In this document: positions 51,311 to 61,392 of the stretch, piece after piece
Layout: every line of letters starts with the position of its first letter
Position numbering within the stretch: position 1 is the stretch's first letter
From: Trypanosoma brucei
Lineage: Eukaryota
Length of the DNA stretch: 64,000 nucleotides
NCBI GenBank assembly: GCA_000002445.1
Contig: CH464491.1
Span: 1,760,001-1,824,000 of the forward strand
Direction: 5' to 3'
Translations under genes and position numbers: made by a program
The notes under the pieces: generated by a model
Database searches by the model: none
Told to the model about the DNA's origin: nothing
The model's input: only the letters and a program-made list of their open reading frames with translations

Positions 51311-51856
51311 TCACTCTTTCTTGACCTCATCGAATGAGAACTGCCCGAGAAGGGCTTCAACCGATTCCGTTTCCTCTGGGTGTGGTCTGGTGGGCGCCTG
51401 CGGTTGTTGAGAAAAAAAATACTCCAAGGGGGGAACATTTTCCCCGAAACCGTCGGCGCACGCGGGGGGTGGGACTGACGTCGGTGCTGTTGAAGGGACT
51501 GCCGGGTTCTCGAAATCAGCAGCACCAGTTCTGTCACCAGCGTGTGGTGGCGAGTCAAGAACCGTATTGCCGACGTGCTCCGGTATGTCGTCTAAGCCCA
51601 TCTCCGCAGCTACAGACAGTAGTAGTTGTACTCGCTTTTGGTACACCTCCATTCGTTGTCTTACTTGAAAAAGAAAAAAGCGATCTTTATCATTGTCACT
51701 TTCTGGGCTAACATCTTTGCATATATTCGTGATGATCTCCATTGCGGCAATGTAATTCCTTGCGGCCACAAGTGGGTTTCCATCAGGAGTTTCCTCTGCG
51801 CGGGCACGGTAGATAAGGCCACTCGCTTCTTCGATCCGCTTTTCTAAAGTCGTCAT
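51311..51856 (-). CDS. Hypothetical protein with an N-terminal MIT-like three-helix domain, 181 aa from the first ATG
   Basis: The track start at 51871 is TTG; the first ATG is at 51854-51856 (MTTLEKRIEEASGLIYRARAEE...). LEKRIEEASGLIYRARAEETPDGNPLVAARNYIAAMEIITN...RQRMEVYQKRVQLL resembles the Vps4/spastin MIT helix pattern. A Pro-rich tail follows. Confidence 0.45.
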   Translation of the reverse strand: MTTLEKRIEEASGLIYRARAEETPDGNPLVAARNYIAAMEIITNICKDVSPESDNDKDRFFLFQVRQRMEVYQKRVQLLLSVAAEMGLDDIPEHVGNTVLDSPPHAGDRTGAADFENPAVPSTAPTSVPPPACADGFGENVPPLEYFFSQQPQAPTRPHPEETESVEALLGQFSFDEVKKE

Positions 51857-52686
51857 TGTGACGAGGCACAACTATTTACTTGACAACCAGTGGCGAGAAT
51901 AAGGAAACAACGGGCAAGGCGTAAAGATTTTTATACATGAAGCTGCAAGCATAAATATTTTTTCTGTTGATTTGGCCGCATGTGCCCCTTCCCACCCTCT
52001 CTCCTCGAAGACACAGAACGCTTTGACAGGTACACAGTGAGAGACCGCAACGCAGAACACGAAGAACTAACGTGAGGGAATAAGAAAGGAAAACAAAGAC
52101 GGAATGCCCCGCCGATGATAACATTTGACAGGAAAATAGGCCACATGTGCAAGGGTGAATATGAAAAAACGCAAAGGCGGATGAAGTCACATTCATTCTT
52201 CCCCCCAACACAATTTCTCCTCTTCTCGACCGCATTATTGCATTCCTTGCAGTATGCCGCTGCCATCGCAGCGAAGATATCGCGTCCAACACAAAAATAT
52301 ATATATTTCATTATATATGTAATACATCTGGTACAAGCGGCTGCAGCACAACGGGAATACGGAAAACCGGAAGGTATCACGAAAGGCGTCAGTGGCAGGA
52401 AATAAATCACAAAAACAAACTATTTACATGACAAAAATAAAGCAAAATAAGAAAACAAGATAAAACGATGCCCTCACCACACACAAACACACAAACTTTG
52501 CCACCATACCCAAGACCACGTATCGATACACCGCTCAGGCAGTTGCACAACGGTGATGCGATACAAAAACTTTGCCGGACTCGTCTACAACAGATCGGTG
52601 AAAGCCTCAAGGCACACACACGTCCACACAAGCGGATAGTGTTAACTAATGTTTGTTTCTCCCCTCCGCGGGAGCGGGATCAGCGT

Positions 52687-53934
52687 TCATTGATGTGCGC
52701 GGTGATTCAATTTGTGGCGGTGAGGATCGGCTTTATCAACATCAATACGCTTTTCGATTATCCTCATCCGCCTCCAGGTTTGCAGATCAATATCCGAGTC
52801 CAGTGCCCTCTGTTTGTGCACATATCCGTGTGAATTACGAAGTGTACCCAACCTGTGCATGCGCTTTGTCAGCGTTCCCGCGTTTGTCGTTGCGGCACGG
52901 CGGTTGGTGGTGTCACTCTCGTCGTTCGGATCGTGGTTTCCGGCCTGTACCGCGGCGTCTGGAAGCTCGGGAAGCACCGCTTGATCGATGTAGTTGCTCT
53001 TATACATGCTCATCTTCACATGACCTTCATTCTCGAGTCGCCGGGTTACTCCACAATAGGGCTGAGCCGCTTTATCGATCGCAATGGGATTCGTTGTATC
53101 GGGCATAGGATTAGTAGCCTTGGCCGCCGCCTTCTTCCTACCGGCAAGAAGGGCTAACAGTTCAGCCTTATTCTGTATTGTCCCTATTAGATGGCCGTTC
53201 TGGGAGTTTGTAAGTCCACATGGAAGTTGAGACGGGTAAACAAGACTTTTATCCCCATACACCCATGAAGTGCAGTAGTAATCAGTCGGATGCCCCCCTG
53301 TTGTTAATTGCGGGCGGCGCGAAGCCAACAAATCTTCCTTATTTGCTGGTAGTCCCTCCAAACTTGGCTTTGGTTTCGGTGCGAGCGACTCGATGGATGT
53401 TATTTTGGGGGCCACTTCCGCCATCTTGCGCAATTCCTCCTCTGTCGGAGGGATTGCCAGTAAGTTAGGGCTGAAAGCAGTTGCCTTGGCGCCCGCGTAC
53501 AGTTGTGGTTCTCCACCGATCGACCGACCATTATAAACATAATCTGTTTTGTATGTTGTGTTCGGGGGAACTCCGTCGCCAGTTGAGCACCCCATTACAT
53601 GAGTTGAGCGCCCGTGCACAAAAGCGGTTTCCGGCTCACCTGCCCGGCAGCACGACTGCAGGATGTCACGGAAGTCTTTCCCTTCTACATCGTGTTTTAC
53701 GTAGTGGGAGCGGTAAGTTGTTCCCTCGCCACCGGTTTGAGCTCCTGCTCGAAATATGGGTCGGTTCCGAACTTCGCCGCTCACGGTGAAATTTGATTTT
53801 TTCTCTCCTTGGCCGCTCGGATCGATGTCTCGATTGTAGTCATAATCGTAACGTGTCATGTAAAGGTCTAGCATGTTCGCCTTGGGGTGAGGCGGAGGTG
53901 ACATTATCAAGTCCGATTTAGACCCACCGAACAT
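52687..53934 (-). CDS. Hypothetical protein rich in Tyr/Gly/Thr, 415 aa from the first ATG
   Basis: The track start at 53946 is TTG; the first ATG is at 53932-53934. No family is recognised. Confidence 0.5.
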   Translation of the reverse strand: MFGGSKSDLIMSPPPHPKANMLDLYMTRYDYDYNRDIDPSGQGEKKSNFTVSGEVRNRPIFRAGAQTGGEGTTYRSHYVKHDVEGKDFRDILQSCCRAGEPETAFVHGRSTHVMGCSTGDGVPPNTTYKTDYVYNGRSIGGEPQLYAGAKATAFSPNLLAIPPTEEELRKMAEVAPKITSIESLAPKPKPSLEGLPANKEDLLASRRPQLTTGGHPTDYYCTSWVYGDKSLVYPSQLPCGLTNSQNGHLIGTIQNKAELLALLAGRKKAAAKATNPMPDTTNPIAIDKAAQPYCGVTRRLENEGHVKMSMYKSNYIDQAVLPELPDAAVQAGNHDPNDESDTTNRRAATTNAGTLTKRMHRLGTLRNSHGYVHKQRALDSDIDLQTWRRMRIIEKRIDVDKADPHRHKLNHRAHQ

Positions 53935-54406
53935 TTTGACTCCCAAAATCTACAGTTTATAGTGGATATGCACCTTGAAACGGATGTACCTGCGTCACCG
54001 CTGCGTACTTACCAGCAAAAAAGAGAGCGATGGACCTAAAAGAAAATGAGGATACAACACATGAGAATAAAGGGGAAGGGGGTAACAACATGTAGACCTG
54101 GTCACGGTATGTTGGTTACCATTCTTCACAATTAACTGAAGACCAAAAAGAATAGGAACAGGTAAGGATCCACGTCTAACGCAACGGATATCAGTTTATC
54201 GTGAAGTGCTGCCCACACGCACCTGTACGACCGTCCCCGGTGGGAAAAGAATAAGCAAACGCCGTCGCTTCATATTCCCGGGCGCTCCCCTCTGGTGCAT
54301 CGAAGGTGGAGAAACCTCTCTTCCTTTTCCCGAAAAGGGGGGCTTGTGTTTTCCTCCTCGTTTCGGCGGCAGGCGCCGCCATCGTCATGCCAGTGGTACT
54401 TCATTG

Positions 54407-56059
54407 TCAGTTAGTCACTGCAGGCTCAGCAAGCATCCGAACAATCCGTTGCACAGTCCACGGTCCTACACACTGGTCACAGTAATTTCCAGAAGAGCGC
54501 GCGTTCGGTCGTGTCTCCGAAAGAAACTTACTTTGATGAACCCGCAGCAAGTCAATTGCTTCAACGAACCGCTCATGGGGGTTTGTGCCGTAATAATCGA
54601 TGAAAGCAAGCGGCTGACTGCTCTGTTGCTCCTCCGTTAGTAAATTCGACTTCCAGTACGCCACAGCCTTCAAAAACAAAGTGAAAAGAAACGGGGAGGG
54701 AAGGCCCGTATCTTTAGAAATGTTTCTGCCGATATCCTGCTGTACTTCCGTGCCAAAGCTCCTCAGCATACTTTCCACAGCTGGTACAACTCCCACTGAG
54801 GCTTCACTCAGCAACCCCCCATCACCAGACCTCTTTCCCACAACATAAGAGCTCGTCAATTGACCATCGTCTTCCCGCAGTCGCTCAGCAGCCGTCACGG
54901 CGGCTGAAGTCGGTGGGGTCGTCTCCTTCGAGTCGCAGTGTTCTGCTGCTGCCGGAAGTTGCGACCAATCAGCGACCGCATCGCCCACCACTTCCTGAAG
55001 TTCCCGTAAGAACTCCCTCCAGCCACTACTATCCGCATTTGCGACGGGCCCTGGTGGAACCGGCACCGTTCCCACGTCTGTTGAGCCTTGTTGCTCTCGC
55101 CGCCTCAACTCCCGCAGTCCATATACTTCACGAAGTGATCGCCCGCAATTACAGCCGACAAGCGGTGCTACGAAGCTGACGATTGGGTCACCCTCGGGAA
55201 TATTAACGGGAAACTTTCTTACCCACGGTAGCCCCCACGCTACGCCCACGAATTGGACAAAAGCAGACCACGCAGACAAATAATATAACCGATCAGATGC
55301 CACGGCAAACACGGTGGCAAGCCACATGTGCTCGAACGCTGGTCGCACCATAAATCCGCCGAGGTGCGGTAACTCCCAAGACTGCACATCATCACAAGTA
55401 GGTTCCAATAGTTGATTGTCTCCCCACGAATAGTACTCTCTGAGTTCAGAAAGCGAGAGTTGCAGAAGCGGCGTACTTTGGTAGTAAGAAGGTTTTTTTG
55501 TCATACACGGGCTCGGAACAGGAAGGAGGAAAACCTCACCCTGTTCGCTGTAACCAAGTACCACAGCAGTGCGGCAAGCCTCAGCGTAGGGGGTATGTTC
55601 CTTATCCGCTAAATGAAGTTGAAAGAGGAGCCCACCAGTGAGCGCCGGATCTCGTATTGAAAGCAAAGTACCGTGAACAGGAAAGGAGACAGACGTCATG
55701 TCTTGGCCGTCGTGCGTACCGACGCCCGCCACCGCATCATCTTCCCGGCACCCTTGCAAGTTGCTTCGGCCAATACGTGGAGAAGACGTGCAGCCGCTGA
55801 AATTACTTTCGTAAGGACTTCCGCCACGGTAGCTACAGGAGCTGGCGCTGCTCACATAACTTTCACTGCACTCAGATTCCACAAAATCACTCTCCGCACT
55901 GCTACCATCGTTGCCGTTTACACCATCAACACATATCTTAACCTTCTCGCCCTTCCATATTGGCTGCAGGCAGTGGGTAACACTTGTATTATCGCCTAAC
56001 AAAACAGTAGATTTGTCCGCGCCGTATCCGGCAAACTTCAATTCATGTCGAAGTTGCAT
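54407..56059 (-). CDS. Hypothetical protein, 550 aa from the first ATG
   Basis: The track start at 56077 is GTG; the first ATG is at 56057-56059 (MQLRHELKF...). It is a long ORF in the unit's orientation with no recognisable domain. Confidence 0.5.
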   Translation of the reverse strand: MQLRHELKFAGYGADKSTVLLGDNTSVTHCLQPIWKGEKVKICVDGVNGNDGSSAESDFVESECSESYVSSASSCSYRGGSPYESNFSGCTSSPRIGRSNLQGCREDDAVAGVGTHDGQDMTSVSFPVHGTLLSIRDPALTGGLLFQLHLADKEHTPYAEACRTAVVLGYSEQGEVFLLPVPSPCMTKKPSYYQSTPLLQLSLSELREYYSWGDNQLLEPTCDDVQSWELPHLGGFMVRPAFEHMWLATVFAVASDRLYYLSAWSAFVQFVGVAWGLPWVRKFPVNIPEGDPIVSFVAPLVGCNCGRSLREVYGLRELRRREQQGSTDVGTVPVPPGPVANADSSGWREFLRELQEVVGDAVADWSQLPAAAEHCDSKETTPPTSAAVTAAERLREDDGQLTSSYVVGKRSGDGGLLSEASVGVVPAVESMLRSFGTEVQQDIGRNISKDTGLPSPFLFTLFLKAVAYWKSNLLTEEQQSSQPLAFIDYYGTNPHERFVEAIDLLRVHQSKFLSETRPNARSSGNYCDQCVGPWTVQRIVRMLAEPAVTN

Positions 56060-57354
56060 AAACTCCACCTTTGTCACTATCCTGTGAAATCAGGTGCACA
56101 GACCGAAAAAAGAGAGGATACGAAAAAAAAAAAAAAGTAAAAGTAAGAGCGGTAAACGAAACTGCTACACCTCAGCAACACGGAGGGAGTGTCAGTAGGA
56201 ACGTACGCCTCTGCCATTCCCAGTTGCGTAAAAGCGCTCAGAGGGTTAATAACCACACCTCACTCGGAGCCCGTTGAAGACATGGACGGCAGCACATCGG
56301 TACCGTGCGCATGCCGTTTAATTAATCAAGCACCATTTCACCTCCGAATGCCCCCAACGCGCATTACGGTGCGTCTCAGCTACACACACAGACACACACA
56401 CACTCATTCCGCAAATACATGTCTACAGACGTGAATGTATTCATATGCGCACTAAACATCAAGCAGGTCAGACACAAATGTGAGCGCATTTATACATTTC
56501 TCGAAAAAGCGGGAGGCACACCCTCCAACCCCTACATCATGTAAATGCTCAATGCCACATGCGTTTCTAGTAAGCTAAACACAAGTCAGGTAAGGTAAAA
56601 GGGAGCAGCAAAAGACAAAGGGGGCTAATCAACAACAAGGAATACGGCATAATAGCGTGAACCAAGAGCAATTGTTTGAGATAGCAGATGTAGTAAAGAC
56701 AACGCTGGCAGTTCCTTTCAGAAAAAGGTCACGCCCTTCCCTGTTAATATTAGTCACTCCCCGCAAATTTCTTCCCCTCCCATCCCCTCATAACGGGCAA
56801 TTTTCGCAACAGAAACCACGAGGAGAGTGACCATCGGACGCAAAAAAAAACAGAGAGAAAGGAGCGCAACAAAGAATACAGGAAAACTAAACAACAACAC
56901 AAATGGTACAATGTTACATTACAACACCCGCTGCAGAATTTTTGTGAACGGAAACTCATAGCAGGGTAAGGCCAGCGGAAAGACACACCCACGACTGCAC
57001 TACCCGGTATTAGCGTGTGGAAAACAGTCGACCAGCAACCATATACAAGAAATCAGTGCGACGTCGGGAAAAGTAGAAGAGTAATAATGAGAGTAAAAGG
57101 AGGAAAGGAAAAAACCGACAGTCGAAAAATAGAAATCAATAAAATAAAAGTGAGGCGCAAGGAATCTCAGCTGTTTCAAACTGGAAAGGACATAAACTAC
57201 GGTCAAACTCTGTTGCTCTCCCTAACCTCATCGAAAGAAGAAAAATGTGATTAAAAAAACAAACATTTCTGTGTATCCCCCCTCTGTTTGCATCTGGGAC
57301 GAGATGCCAACACCAGAAGATAGTCCTCTTCGTATAACTCTCTCCATCTATGCA

Positions 57355-58947
57355 TTAGCCGTTCTCACTGCTCACGGTTTGTCCTGGAGCTCCCGACGAT
57401 GGTGTCGTCAATGATGCGCGCATTAATGCTGACGGTGCAATTCCCAACTTCACATTCTGTGGAGAAACCATGGATGACGCCACGCTATCACTATTTTCGG
57501 TGATGCTGCTACTGCCACCCCTAACACCACATTCGCTGGCTCCACTCTCACTCATCTGAACACCCTCCACAACACCCTTTCGTAGGAACTCCCTTGCTTT
57601 TCGCAACAACTCCTTCTTGTCCATACCCTCCCAATCCCGCAGCGGCTTCGACAATGGGCTGTATTCCAACACGGGGAAAGAGAGCCCACCCAAGTGCGAA
57701 GCGTATATGCTCTTTCTACGGGGTTGTCTATGACTAATAACGACACGGTGGAATAGGTCGAGGCCTTTATGGCGGCTGTCTCGCCCGTATCGTGCGCTAT
57801 TATGTGTTTCCCGCGGTGGAAGGCTACCATGAACCTCCACAACACCGGTACGTGGTGGCGGTCCCTTAAGGGCACCACAGGCACCTGATGTTGATATTAA
57901 CTCACTCCCTTTTGGCAGAACAAGGGCTCCCTCCTCCTCCTCACGCGCCATGTCAATAAGATAGGATTTTAGGTCGAGTATGTGCTTGTCATCCACCTCC
58001 GAAGGGTATAAAGCATGTTCAAAATGCGCAGCCCGCAAAAGAGCTAAGCGAGCCGGCTCCCTCTTCTTCTTCTTTGGAATTAGGTCCCCCGAATCTCTCC
58101 GCAGCGCCGTGCATAAGGGCGCCTGTGCTGTTAACGGCGCGGCAGCTAGCATCTTGGCTCCACATTTGATATCCTCATAGGCGTTTTGCAATTCTTTCTG
58201 TGCGATACTACTCAACCTCTGCTGCTGCTCACTGTTGTAAAACGTTGCTCGATCGTATACTCGCTGCATCACATGTTCTTCAACATACTTCTTGAGCGAC
58301 TCCACATGAGTGGTATCCAACACAGCGAAGTCGGCGAGAGGAGACTTGTTGCAGTAGTCTCTCTGGATGGCAAGTAGGATGTTTTTTGGATGTTTAAAGC
58401 GACTCATAGCAGAGGCAGAGTACTGGTTAAAGACGTGTTGGTCAAGGTTGGGGTCAGGTGCCCACACATAACCCTCACAGGCCCCAATGTAACGTGTGTT
58501 ATGGCGTAGTTGATAAGCGCATTCGAGACTGGCCATAAAACACGAATCAAAGACCATCGCCTCAAATTTTCGCTTGCCGAGAATGGAGGCGAGCTCATGG
58601 CATTGCAACGCCAGTTTGTTCTCCTCTAATTCCAGGTAATCTCCCATCCCATGACCACCGTACACAAAATAACTCCGACCGGGGTCGTGGCAACGCTGTA
58701 GAAAGTCTTCAAGCATGTCCTGACGATAGCCAACAACATTTTCGTAGTTCTTCAATGTGTAGTCGCTCCCAGTGATACTTGCTTCAAAGCTCCCACCACT
58801 GGAGTTAAAGGCAAGCATGCAAAGATCGGTAACGCCCTTTACCTTCCTCATTTGCTGAAACTTCCAGAATGGCCACCCCGACACATTTTTAATGCAACTG
58901 CAGACCACGATGAGGCGGTTATTTGGTCGTGGGGCTCGGGACAACAT
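57355..58947 (-). CDS. PNT1: Clan CD, family C11 (clostripain-like) cysteine peptidase resembling PNT1, 530 aa
   Basis: ATG confirmed at 58945-58947. The His block is FVYGGHGMG with His at residue 99 (codon 58651-58653). The Cys block is MVFDSCFMAS with Cys at residue 136 (codon 58540-58542). The spacing and motifs are those of the clostripain His/Cys dyad. Residue numbers 99 and 136 match what I recall for T. brucei PNT1; that is from memory. Confidence 0.75.
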   Translation of the reverse strand: MLSRAPRPNNRLIVVCSCIKNVSGWPFWKFQQMRKVKGVTDLCMLAFNSSGGSFEASITGSDYTLKNYENVVGYRQDMLEDFLQRCHDPGRSYFVYGGHGMGDYLELEENKLALQCHELASILGKRKFEAMVFDSCFMASLECAYQLRHNTRYIGACEGYVWAPDPNLDQHVFNQYSASAMSRFKHPKNILLAIQRDYCNKSPLADFAVLDTTHVESLKKYVEEHVMQRVYDRATFYNSEQQQRLSSIAQKELQNAYEDIKCGAKMLAAAPLTAQAPLCTALRRDSGDLIPKKKKREPARLALLRAAHFEHALYPSEVDDKHILDLKSYLIDMAREEEEGALVLPKGSELISTSGACGALKGPPPRTGVVEVHGSLPPRETHNSARYGRDSRHKGLDLFHRVVISHRQPRRKSIYASHLGGLSFPVLEYSPLSKPLRDWEGMDKKELLRKAREFLRKGVVEGVQMSESGASECGVRGGSSSITENSDSVASSMVSPQNVKLGIAPSALMRASLTTPSSGAPGQTVSSENG

Positions 58948-59258
58948 TACGTTACTGCTGGCCGTAACTGTGTTTACTTATTGCACTCTCTATTATTAAC
59001 TTTCTCTCCCTTACGCCTACTTGACTACTCCACTTCGCCTCCTTTTCCCTCCCTCTCCGGTTCTCGCACAGTAGCAACAGTAGAATCTCTCTATACGCAA
59101 CACGCTAAGTTATTAATCTCCTTTACCTCCCGCTTACCTTTTCCTTTTATTTCTTTTCTTTCGCTATCACACTCGTCTCCCTCACTTAACCCCCCCCCCT
59201 TTTCTTAAAAAGGAAATAAATTTAGCCTCCCTGCCAGCTATATGTATACGTATGTCTG

Positions 59259-59298
59259 TATATATATATATATACGTGTGTGTGTGTGTGTGTGTGTG
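59259..59298. repeat. Compound microsatellite (TA)8(GT)11
   Basis: Read directly as tatatatatatatatacgtgtgtgtgtgtgtgtgtgtgg. Confidence 0.95.
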
Positions 59299-60177
59299 GA
59301 CGGTCGGTCAAAGGTAAGTCGGCCTTCGTAAAAGGGTAAAAGCAGGTTGCTGCTGCTATTAACCACACTGGGCGAGCTTGCGCCTGCACGACCTCAACGA
59401 GGGATACGCTTTCTCACAGAGATATGTTTCTTCCTTTGTCCCTGTTTCGTTTTGATCGTCGCTAGTGCGAAGGATAGTGCACGCCGTGCTGATATTTCCG
59501 TAAAGTGTGTCTTTCGCCGCTCCGCTCTAAAAAAAGCGATCGCGTTCGCGTGTGGCAAAGTTTCGGGATAAGATATTAGTGGCCGCTCCGAGTCTGCGAC
59601 AATGCTGTAATTTGGCCACCCCTCCTTCTTCAGTCCCCGTCTTCTTCAACCTAAGGAACAAACATAGAAGTGGGAAGACAGCAAAAAAAGGATGGATTAG
59701 CGAAACACAAAAACAAGGAAAAACAGTGCAAAGTAAAGGAGAGCGAAAGAGGAATCTCTTTCATTCCAACTAGCGTTGAGTTAAGCACGGCACCAGAGGA
59801 ATGTACAGTAGTCACGCTTTGATTTTATCCTTCTCCACAACGCTTATACAAATAATTCAGTGGGGCACAAAGCATCATCCCAAAGAAGTGAATACCTGTA
59901 GAATGAACGCTACAAAGGGCGTATTACAGGAAAATGGGGGAAAAAATGAAAGGTGAAGCAACAAAAATCGCTTTGAACAGAACGGAACCCTCTCGCCCCG
60001 CCCTCCTCCTAGTCTTTAGGGCGCCCAGTCCATTCATCTAAGTGACATCTAATGTGACAGTTCATGCCATTCTAGTACATGACCCAAACAACTTACATGC
60101 ATAAGCTGCTAATAACCGTTAATGGTGCGAACGCTCCCACCCCTTTTCTTTGATGTTCCGCACACGAGATGATAGAA

Positions 60178-61392
60178 CTAACTGGAGAACCACATTCGTC
60201 TCTGCATTGCCCTAAGCTCCTGTCGCATAAGGTTCACTTCGCTATTGACACCCTCCACCTCCAGTCGTCGCCACTTCTCTAACTCTCTCAACCGCTTTTT
60301 GTCCTTTGTTCGTTCCTCCCGCAGCCGCGTCAACTCCGCCCCGCGTTGAACGAGAAGAGCACCATACCGCTCGCGTTCAGTAATTAGTAATGCCCTCCGC
60401 TCCTGAAGCTGCCGACGCAGGCGCTCGGTGACCACCTTAGCATTTTCATCTGCAATCTGTCGTTGTCTCTGCAGGTCGACGGTGTGTTTCTGCCTCTCTT
60501 CCTTGAGAGTTGCTAGTGCATCGCTAAGGGCTACCTGGAGCCGTTCAACGGTGCCGCGCAACTCCCGGTTCTCAATACGCATGTCGTGCCGTGTCTGGAT
60601 GAGATCCGCCAGGCTCGCCTGATGTAAACCGTGCAGCCGTTCAATTGAGGCGAGGTGAGTACCCGTCATCTCCGTCCGCCGACGTTCCAGTTCTCGCTCC
60701 TCCTGCAGTCGGCTCGCTCGCTCGGTCTCGTGCATGGCTCGCTGCGCGTCCAGCAATGACTTCAGCATCTCAACCTCCTCTCTGAGAGCAGCCACGAGGG
60801 CAGATGACGGGGAAGAAAGTTCGTTTGCTGAGTTGCTGGTGTACGGGTCCTCATCGCCTGTGGTATCATGCTGCTGGGTGGCACACGCTTGCCGCAAGCT
60901 AATGGTTTGCTGTCCGCTGCGACGTTTTGACGTAGTTCGCCTGGTCGGTGAGGTGGAGGCAGTGGGATTTGGAAGCTTCTGAGCTCCCGATCTCGCTGCA
61001 GCGGTTTGCTTCATGAGTGCAGCAATCGTCGCACGATCGTCCCCCGCCTGCGCGTGAAGCGCGACGTTTTCATACATTAGGCGATTCGCCCGTTCCCTCT
61101 CTTCCTGTAGCATTGAGCGCGTTTCCGAAAGTTCTCTCTGAACCTTCCCTAATTCCTCAACTCTCTGAGCAGCCTCACATCGTAAGCGCTGCGCCTCGGC
61201 CTGCTCGGGCTTCAGGCAACTGTCGATTCGCTCAATCAACGCCAACTTCTCCGCATCATGCTGCTTAATTGTGTGCCTTAGCATTCGGACATAATCTTCA
61301 GTAATCGCAACCGCCTCAGTGAGTGTCTGTGAAGTTGCCGCTGTGACAGGGCCACCGCTGCTGCCACTGTCCTGCCTAACTGCAGTGGGCAT
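60178..61392 (-). CDS. Coiled-coil hypothetical protein, 404 aa
   Basis: ATG confirmed. It has extended heptad-like stretches rich in E/R/L/Q (LQEERERANRLMYEN..., LQEERELERRRTEM..., LRELEKWRRLEVEG). Confidence 0.55.
   Translation of the reverse strand: MPTAVRQDSGSSGGPVTAATSQTLTEAVAITEDYVRMLRHTIKQHDAEKLALIERIDSCLKPEQAEAQRLRCEAAQRVEELGKVQRELSETRSMLQEERERANRLMYENVALHAQAGDDRATIAALMKQTAAARSGAQKLPNPTASTSPTRRTTSKRRSGQQTISLRQACATQQHDTTGDEDPYTSNSANELSSPSSALVAALREEVEMLKSLLDAQRAMHETERASRLQEERELERRRTEMTGTHLASIERLHGLHQASLADLIQTRHDMRIENRELRGTVERLQVALSDALATLKEERQKHTVDLQRQRQIADENAKVVTERLRRQLQERRALLITERERYGALLVQRGAELTRLREERTKDKKRLRELEKWRRLEVEGVNSEVNLMRQELRAMQRRMWFSS

Noticed and set aside
52687-53946. The idea that the Tyr/Gly-rich 415-aa protein is a SAXO/STOP-type microtubule-stabilising protein
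   Set aside because: I could not identify the repeated Mn-type motifs with confidence from the sequence alone. It is left as hypothetical.
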